Shown here: one piece after another, positions 22,176 to 29,901 of the stretch | Layout of the letters: each line of letters opens with the position of its first letter | Numbering within the stretch: position 1 is the stretch's first letter | Origin: Octopus sinensis | Taxonomy: Eukaryota | Reading direction: 5' to 3' | NCBI RefSeq assembly: GCF_006345805.1 | Contig: NW_021832885.1 | Location: 1 to 29,901, forward strand | DNA: 29,901 bases | Translations under genes and position numbers: made by a program | The notes under the pieces: generated by a model | What the model was told of the DNA's origin: nothing | Seen by the model: only the letters and a program-made list of their open reading frames with translations | The model's database searches: none

Positions 22176-22221
22176 ACACACACATACTTATATATATACA
22201 TATAATATATATATATATATA

Positions 22222-22284
<63 letters not shown>

Positions 22285-22487
22285 CACATATACATACATA
22301 CATACATGTATATGTGTGTGAGTGTGTGTGTATGTCGTATAGCCTGCTGGAGACGATATTTCCTGGGGCTAAATAACTAACAATCGTCCTAATCAGGACA
22401 GCCACATTATGTTGCCAAATAATCTTTACTCTAGAGTACTTTTACTGAATGCCTCTCGTTCAGAGATTTAGAAATAATGATTTTATG

Positions 22488-22532
<45 letters not shown>

Positions 22533-22587
22533 GCACATCGTATATGTTCTATTCACAAATAGTTAGACAGATAGATAGATAAAGTTC

Positions 22588-22626
<39 letters not shown>

Positions 22627-22878
22627 AACCAAGCAAGATTCATATGTCAAAGAGCACTAAGTTTATGAACTATAACATTAATGTTACGAGTGTCAACATG
22701 ACACAAACCAATTAAACATATACATTTATACATAACATAATTGTTTCTTTATTTGAATCATGTAGGTGCAGTATCAACCTTAGCGGTTTTAATGGTAGAA
22801 GCCTCGAATCTGAGTCCAGCCATCTATTCCCCCAACAATTTCGAATGAGCGTAATTGAAATCATATTTATGAATAGAA

Positions 22879-22916
<38 letters not shown>

Positions 22917-23665
22917 TAAAGAATTGATAGTTAAAGTCAAAATAAAATAAGCTTCAGAAAAAGTGATCAACCATACCGAATCACAAAATCATTTTTCTAG
23001 GAGTTGCTTTACCAAAGCCTGAGCCGTCATTCTACTTTTCTGTCGGGAAAGTATTGCAACAGAATGGTTTCAACTATTTCAATTTGAAGTGCGAGTTTAA
23101 GGGAACTAACTAAGACTCAAAACTGCATCATAAACCCTGCTTTTATGGTGGTATCCACCGTCCAAGGGTGAATAGACAATTTGCGGCTAGCGCAATGAAA
23201 CATCTCGTGTACTTTGATGAGTGTGGTTTGAAGACAGAGGTCACTGTTGACGGTTTCATTTTCAAGTTGTTGTTTAATCACAGGTCACTCCTGAATCAAG
23301 CACATCCATGACCAAAGCCATTCTAACATAAGCATCTTTTTTTTTTTAACAATACGCCGTTTCTTTAAGAGGGAAATCTGGCTGCTATTTCTCGCAAGTC
23401 TTTTAAGATAAACTTGATAAACATCACAGTCACCTCACCAGCTATTATAACAATGTGACCTCGTTTACATGATGAACCTCTCAACATCACAAGCATACAC
23501 ACACCACTATTATAGTTGTGGTCTTGTTTGCTAGACAACATCATATCACGACCCCCCCCCCTACCATAGTAATTAATTATGCAGCCTTGATCAAAGTCAC
23601 ATCTCAATCACGTCCATCTTTCAACATAATAATTCGAAAGAATTTGAAGTTACAGTGCTATTTAC

Positions 23666-23695
23666 CTTCTGTTCCTTTGATCGATGAAGCAAATG
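23666..23695 (-). CDS. Candidate 30-nt microexon
   Basis: CTAAT branch-like motif, acceptor ATTTTTGTAG, donor AAG|GTAAAT; length divisible by 3 and all frames open. Confidence 0.35.
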
Positions 23696-23845
23696 CTACA
23701 AAAATATTCAGATCGATTAGAAATATACTGTTGTCCAGTTTAAATACCAGTAAAATACTCGGGTCAGGTCATTAAAATGAATATCTCTCCCTTCCCTTCT
23801 TTAAGTATGAATAATCTACTCGGGTCGATACAATGAAATATTTAC

Positions 23846-23860
23846 CATTTCCGCTTCTTC
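23846..23860 (-). CDS. Candidate 15-nt microexon
   Basis: Acceptor AATTTTTCAG, purine-rich body GAAGAAGCGGAAATG, donor GTAAAT; length divisible by 3. Confidence 0.35.
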
Positions 23861-24574
23861 CTGAAAAATTTGTATTGATCCTAGTATCAATATTCAGTGG
23901 AGGGAACTCTATTATATGGTTATGTCCAAAGTTAAGTATTGTTTGTAATGTTTGAAAAGATTGGTATTTGTAGCGAATACGTTCGTGTAAAAGAGGATGT
24001 ACGTGCAATGCAAGCAATAAATTTATAAAGAATCCGTTATTGTAGGAGTATATGATGATAGATAGTGAATGAGAAAGCGTACAGCATGGTTAGCTAGTAA
24101 CTGAACTAATAAAGCAGGTACACGTGTCAGTAAGGTTTAACTAATGTAAATTTAAGGTAAAGAACATGGACTGTGGTAGAAGCAGTAGAGGAGACGGGAT
24201 CAGAGGACAATTTTGGGCAGTGGCGACTGTATTTATAAAGACATTATATTGCATTAAGTATAACAAATGTAGAAATAAGTTGAAAGAACTGTAATTTATA
24301 GTAGAAGCAGAAGGAATTGAGTGAAAGGTCAGTCACTGCATGGAGTGTAGTAACATTAAAATGAGTCTTTTTAAATGCAGAGATTTGTTAACAAACTTGA
24401 GAGAGGATGTGAGTAATTGAATGGAGATGGTGTAGGCGGTGGTTCCAATTCGATGGTAAAAGTGTCAGTAATACAATGGACATGTGAGAGCACGACGAAT
24501 GAGATAGTGATTGTGCTTTCTGCAAGTGTCAATTGGCGGTGTATATGACGATGGCACAGATAGTGTTCAGTGAA

Positions 24575-24848
24575 GTTTAGACTCCAGTCAGCTTTGATCA
24601 ACCAGGCCTATGATTAGAGGCACTCCTACCGTGGCCACCCCATCTTTTTATATATCTGCAACTATATTGTCCTATCTAACTTTTTTTTTTCGAGATGGTA
24701 GCGTCAAATTGAGGGAATTAAACAGCAAATGGGACGATTGCACAGTGTCTCCCTCGTTAGCTTGTGGTTGTAGTTGTTGTTTCGCTCCATGTCAACCCTG
24801 ATTGGGTAGACCTGTTATTAAAGGAATCCTATCCGTGACCACCGCGTC
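24575..24848 (+). mobile_element. Two adjacent diverged 3' fragments of another SINE-like repeat (a related fragment lies at ~23260-23340)
   Basis: Mutual similarity: TTGATCAACCAGGCCTATGATTAGAGGCACTCCTACCGTGGCCACC vs CTGATTGGGTAGACCTGTTATTAAAGGAATCCTATCCGTGACCACC. Confidence 0.5.
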
Positions 24849-24883
24849 ACTATGCAGGCAGTATCCATCCAATGGAATATTAT

Positions 24884-25100
24884 TCAATGTGTTCTTCGTC
24901 TTTTAAGACAATAAGGTGTGACAAAGTGGTGCGCAAGCTGCTGTTTCCAGCAGGACGAGTAACTGAGTGGAAAGTCCTCGTTGATGCTGTAGATGGTGAT
25001 GGTAGTGATTTTGTTAGAGGGAAAGTTGCTGACGTTAGAGAAGTTTGTCTCGATAATGAAAGGAGTGATGGTTCGGCCGTAGATTACCAAGTCGGTTCCC
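24884..25100 (-). CDS. Candidate coding exon (possibly terminal), unknown product, weak PH-domain-like pattern
   Basis: Acceptor TATTATTATCAG; 71 open codons GTDLVIYGRTITPFIIETNFSNVSNFPSNKITTITIYSINEDFPLSYSSCWKQQLAHHFVTPYCLKRRRTH* with roughly half of third positions C in an AT-rich window; the antisense frame is also open. Confidence 0.5.
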
Positions 25101-25226
25101 CTGATAATAATATACATAAAAATAATGCAATATCATCAAATTTCACAAAACTCACTGAATGCGGGTAAACTCTTTCAATTGGCATATGTATTAGACAACT
25201 CACTGTACACGCGTGCACGCACAGAC

Positions 25227-25282
<56 letters not shown>

Positions 25283-25401
25283 TAATCAACTACACACCAT
25301 TTATGACACAGAATTATGTTTTCTGTAATGCAGTATTTTTCATATATTTTTTTATTGAATGGTAATGGGCTCTCTGGTAAATATCATAGCTGGAACCCCA
25401 C

Positions 25402-25427
25402 TTTAATTCTAGCCAAGTAACAGTAGT
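25402..25427 (-). CDS. Candidate 26-nt exon upstream of 24884-25100
   Basis: Long polypyrimidine tract ending TTACATTCAG, donor AA|GTGGGG; phase 0-2, joins in frame to give TTVTWLELK-GTDLVIY. Confidence 0.35.
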
Positions 25428-26599
25428 CTGAATGTAAGAGAGAAAACAGAGAGGAAGAGATAGACACACAGTGTGAGACAGAGACTGAAAGGCAGCCAGA
25501 CAGATACAGACAGGCAGAAAAATCGGTGGCAGTCGAGGGTTATATAGACGAAGCTGTGTAAAGCTAGCTATTGCTATATATACCGCTGGATACTGAGACA
25601 GCATCGGCCATTACGTTCTGTTTTTGTTTTTCTTGTTCCGTCTTATATAAGGAGGTGGACATTTCATATAGCAGACGAGACAGTGCAGCAATATACATAC
25701 ATACATACATACATACATACATACATACATACATACATACATACATACATACATACACATGCACGTACGGTATGCCTGTAAGTAGGAAGAGAGAGCGAGA
25801 GAGAGTGAGAGAGAGAGAGGAGGAGAGATGTGATGCATGAAGATGTTGATCGTGACGGGTGAGGTGGTAGTGATGGTAGTGTAAAAAGAATAGATTAGGT
25901 GGTCGCCTCGATAAACACGAGAGGTGAGGTTGATGGTGAATAGAAGAATTTATAACAGAGATGGTAGTAGTGATCATCTAAATGGTGTTGTTTTGTAGAG
26001 GTAACGTAATGGTGTTGATGACAGAGGTGGCAGCAGCGGGTGTTGATATAAATGGTGGTTGTGGTAGCAGTAATAGAGATGGTAGTAGTCTCATTTATAT
26101 AATGGTGGTGGTGTTTTTGAGGAAGTTGGTGGTAGTGGGACACTGATACTGATAGTGGCGAAGGCTTAATAGAGAATTTGGGATAGTAGTATTGATAGAA
26201 CGGTAATGGTGGTGTGGTGGTGGTGGTGTAATAAAATGCATTCATTTACATAGAATTACGTATGGTTTCCAAATAAAAGTACAGATAGTTCCTTAATCAG
26301 CCGTGATGAGGATAACCGTCTAGCGATTAACAAACTATTCTCGAGTTGTTTCTGTAATAACGCTGTTTCCGTGTGTAATGTGTATGTGTATGTGTGTGTG
26401 TGTGTATATGTACACGTGTGTGAGCGTCTGCGTATGTGTGTGAATGAGTGTTTTTCCGGGTGTATATAAAAAGAGAAAGAGCGGGAGAGAGAGAGAGAGA
26501 ATGTTATATTCAATAAGCATACAAACTTTGCTATGCCATTAACATTTAAGTATATGAAGGTGTGTACTTTATATGCGTGCGCGTGTGTGTGTGTATCAT

Positions 26600-26760
26600 C
26601 GCTGCTGCTGCGTAACCGAATACTTAAAAAGCTCGTTTCGAGATGCCGGGTTTGATTTCACCACCTGGTATCTTAAGTTAGTGTATTTTACCACATCGTC
26701 GAGTAGACCTAAGCGTTGTGACTGAAATAAGGATGATGGAAATAGTAAAGGACCCATCGG
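26600..26760 (+). mobile_element. Highly diverged family A SINE head
   Basis: GCCGGGTTTGATTTCACCACCTGGTATCTTAAGTTAGTGTATTTTACC...GTAGACCTAAGCGTTGTGACTG follows the family A head in order. Confidence 0.4.
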
Positions 26761-27270
26761 AAAGATTGTACATACAATTCAAAGATCTAATATATTACAT
26801 TGGTTCTGCGAGAGGATTACGTTTATGGTGCATGTGTCTGTGGAATAACAAGCCAATAAGTAGCAGTTGGTCTGGCAACTAACAGGGACCCTTTTACTTT
26901 CATAATCATGACATTGACATATCTTCAAGAATAATTATTTCTAACAGAGGATACAAATTTTAAGAGATTGATACAACTGGATAAATTTACCCAAATACTG
27001 AAGTAGTACTTAAGGCAAAAATCCACTTCGAATGGGATATGAATTCAGAACGCAAAAGAACAACAACTAAATATCATGAGATACGTTGTTCGGCGTACTC
27101 AAGCAAATTTACCATCCACCATCGACACCAGTACTTGACAGGTACTTCGAATCCGAAGGGATAAAAGGCAAAGTCAATCCCGGCACCATTTGAACTCAGA
27201 ACGTAAAGTCGGAAGTAATGCTACTAAGCATTTTGTCAGGTGTGGTAACGATTCTGTCAGCTCGCAGTCT

Positions 27271-27348
<78 letters not shown>

Positions 27349-27366
27349 CAGCAGCAGCAGTAGTAT

Positions 27367-27421
<55 letters not shown>
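27271..27421. repeat. (TAG)n microsatellite forming a SINE tail
   Basis: Directly visible between two SINE units. Confidence 0.95.
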
Positions 27422-27422
<1 letters not shown>

Positions 27423-27797
27423 ATCCTTTCTATTATAGGCACTAGGCCTGGGTTTTTGTGAGAAGGGGGACAGTCGATCACAGCACTTCACTAGTAGTTA
27501 ATTAATCGACCCCGAAGTGGATGAAAAGCAAAGTCGACCACGGCGGAATTTAAACTCAGAACGTAGCGACAGACAAAATACCTATTTCTTTACTACCCAC
27601 AAGGGGTTAAACACAGAAGGGACAAACACGGACAGACAAACGACGCCAGTGCGTAACTGGTATTTATTTAATCGACCCCGAAAGATCGAAAGGCAAAGTC
27701 GACCTCGGCGGAATTTGAACTCAGAACGTAGCGGCAGACGAAATACTGCTAAGCATTTCGCCCGGCGTGCTAACGTTTCTGCCAGCTCGCGGCCTTG

Positions 27798-27800
27798 ATG

Positions 27801-27864
<64 letters not shown>

Positions 27865-27890
27865 TGATGATGATGATGATGATGATGATA
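27798..27890. repeat. (ATA)n(ATG)n microsatellite forming a SINE tail
   Basis: Directly visible between two SINE units. Confidence 0.95.
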
Positions 27891-28835
27891 ATCCTTTCTA
27901 CTGGAAGCACAAGGCCTCAAATTTAGGGGAAGGGATTAAGTCGATTAGATCAACCCCAGTTCGTAACTGGTACTTATTTAATCGACCCCGAAAGGATAAA
28001 AGGTAAAGTTGACTTCGGCGGAATTTGATCTCAGAACATAGCGACGGGCGAAATACTGCTAGGCATTTCGTCCAGCATGCTAATGATTCTGCCAGCTAAT
28101 CCTTTCTAGTATAGGCACAAGACCTGAAATGTGGTGGAAGGTGGCTAATCGATTACATCGATTCCAGTATTCAACTGGTACTTGTTTAAATCGATTCCGA
28201 AAGAATAAAATGCAAAGTCAACCTTGGTGACATTTGAACTCAAATTATAATGTAAAGCCGGAAGAAAAGTATTTTGTCTGGCGTTGCTAATGATTCTACC
28301 AAGGCCTCTTTTTTTTCATTTCTCTCTCTTTTTTTTTTTTTTTCTGTACAGAAGATATAGTTGATCAAATTGGTCTTTGCATTTGACAGGAGCTTATTTC
28401 ATAATTGAATCAGGCGACGTCGAATTCGGCGCGATTTGAACGCCGAACGTATAGGACTGTAAATAGCGTAAGGCGTTCTGTTTATTGCTTGATCGAATCA
28501 GTCATCCACCGATAACAACAACAACAACCATCTTAAAAAACAACAAGCTTCACGTTGTTGAGAGGGAAGCAAGAGCAACAATAGTACCATTATTAGTGTT
28601 ACTGCTATCGTCAGAACAAGCACTCCAGGGGCATTTCTAAAACATGTCATCTTATGTAAGACCAAAACTATTATATCTGCTCATATCTTTTTCTCTTTCT
28701 TTCCCTCACTCATAATCCTCATTAAACATCACACTGTGCTATACATGATACAATATGTCACCGACTACATTACGCAAAGATTTATTCAGCTTTTTCAATC
28801 CGTATATTTCTCATTAACGAACGATATTTATAAAC

Positions 28836-28836
<1 letters not shown>

Positions 28837-28932
<96 letters not shown>
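28837..28932. repeat. (TC)n microsatellite
   Basis: Directly visible. Confidence 0.97.
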
Positions 28933-28934
<2 letters not shown>

Positions 28935-29138
28935 TCTCATTCTTTCTTTCTTTTCTCTCTCTCGTTATCTAACTTTCTATCTATCTATCTACCTATCTAT
29001 CCATCATTCTGTTGCTTCCTTTTGTTTCAGTGTATGTATTGAGTGTATGTGTACGCGCGCGTTTATGTAGAGTGAGGAAACGAGAGAGGGAAGGGAGGAG
29101 AAATACAGTGACAGACTCAGAGAGGGAAGCAGTGAGTG

Positions 29139-29189
<51 letters not shown>

Positions 29190-29614
29190 TACTGAAAGAT
29201 AAGCATAAAAATAAACAAAGCAATTGGCTGAATCCATCAATCTGATTATCATTTCTCTCTCTATTTCTCTCTCTCTTTCCCTCCCTCTATCTATTTATCT
29301 ACCTATCTGTATGTATGTATGTATGTATGTATGTATGTATGTATGTGTGTATGTGTGTATGTATGTATGTATGTATGTATGTATGTATGTATAGGAGAGA
29401 GAGAGAGAGAGAGAGTGGTTCGTATGCATGTATGCTTATGCGTATGGAAGTATGCAAGTATATACATATATATAGCATATCAACAATATATATGTATATG
29501 TGTATATGTACAAATACATACCTGAGGCCTGGCCTGTCCATCTTGATAAACCAAGTATAACCGTAATGACTAAACGGCAAATGTAAAACTTGCTCTGTCG
29601 TTACGGCAACGGCG

Positions 29615-29901
29615 GTGATGTTGGTGGTGATCATTGTAATGTTGGTGGTATGGCTGTTCATTTACTGTGGACTTGACCATGCTGTTGGTGCTGGTCGCTG
29701 TGGTTGGTATTAGTAGTGGTGGCAGTGGTGGTGGCGATGGTGGTGAATGTAATGGTTTTGGCAATGAGTAGCGGCAGTGGTTTCGATGATTCTTCGTATA
29801 GCTGCTGCGACGGCGGCTGTCGCAGGTATAACGGCTTTAGTTGTTTTCGACGACGTCGTCGCCAACTCTGACGACGATTCTGATGATGATGATCATGATC
29901 A
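29615..29901. repeat. Cryptically simple GGT/GAT/GAC triplet region (a similar tract lies at ~25850-26230)
   Basis: Degenerate triplet periodicity with no recognisable protein. Confidence 0.7.

Larger units (their letters stand above)
27125..28308 (-). mobile_element. Head-to-tail array of family B SINE copies (27125-27270, 27421-27580, 27581-27796, 27889-28097, 28098-28308)
   Basis: Each unit has the + strand signature ...AAAGTC(G/A)ACC...TTTGAACTCA(G)AA...; four also show the GCTAA(C/T)G(T/A)TTCT(G)CCAGCT-type head. More diverged copies lie at ~26985-27090 and ~28345-28480. Confidence 0.9.

Noticed and set aside
24872-25168. 98-aa plus-strand ORF
   Set aside because: Best explained as the antisense shadow of the minus-strand frame, which has the codon bias and the acceptor.
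27125-28308. Repeat-spacer-like periodicity suggesting CRISPR
   Set aside because: The units are ~200-bp SINEs separated by microsatellites in eukaryotic DNA, with no cas genes.

Overview
Eukaryotic, AT-rich, microsatellite-saturated DNA, most likely from an Octopus genome. This call rests on recalled similarity of the interspersed repeats to octopus tRNA-derived SINEs and has not been verified by a search. The window looks mostly intronic or intergenic, and I cannot assemble a complete named gene. Almost all ORFs in the supplied track are translations of simple repeats. Supported content: many copies of two tRNA-headed SINE families (here A and B) plus fragments of others; a 218-bp hAT MITE with an 8-bp TSD nested in a SINE; a decayed RTE-clade LINE 3' end; an internally deleted Tc1/mariner element; a decayed Tigger/pogo transposase; a Penelope-like GIY-YIG remnant; and a ~420-bp near-perfect palindrome. 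The best leads are a well-formed hammerhead-ribozyme fold at 17413-17475 (-), a degenerate one at 3532-3573 (+), a candidate coding exon pair at 24884-25427 (-), candidate minus-strand microexons, a tail-to-tail SINE hairpin, and a head-to-tail SINE array. All exon calls come from splice motifs read by eye and are low to moderate confidence.
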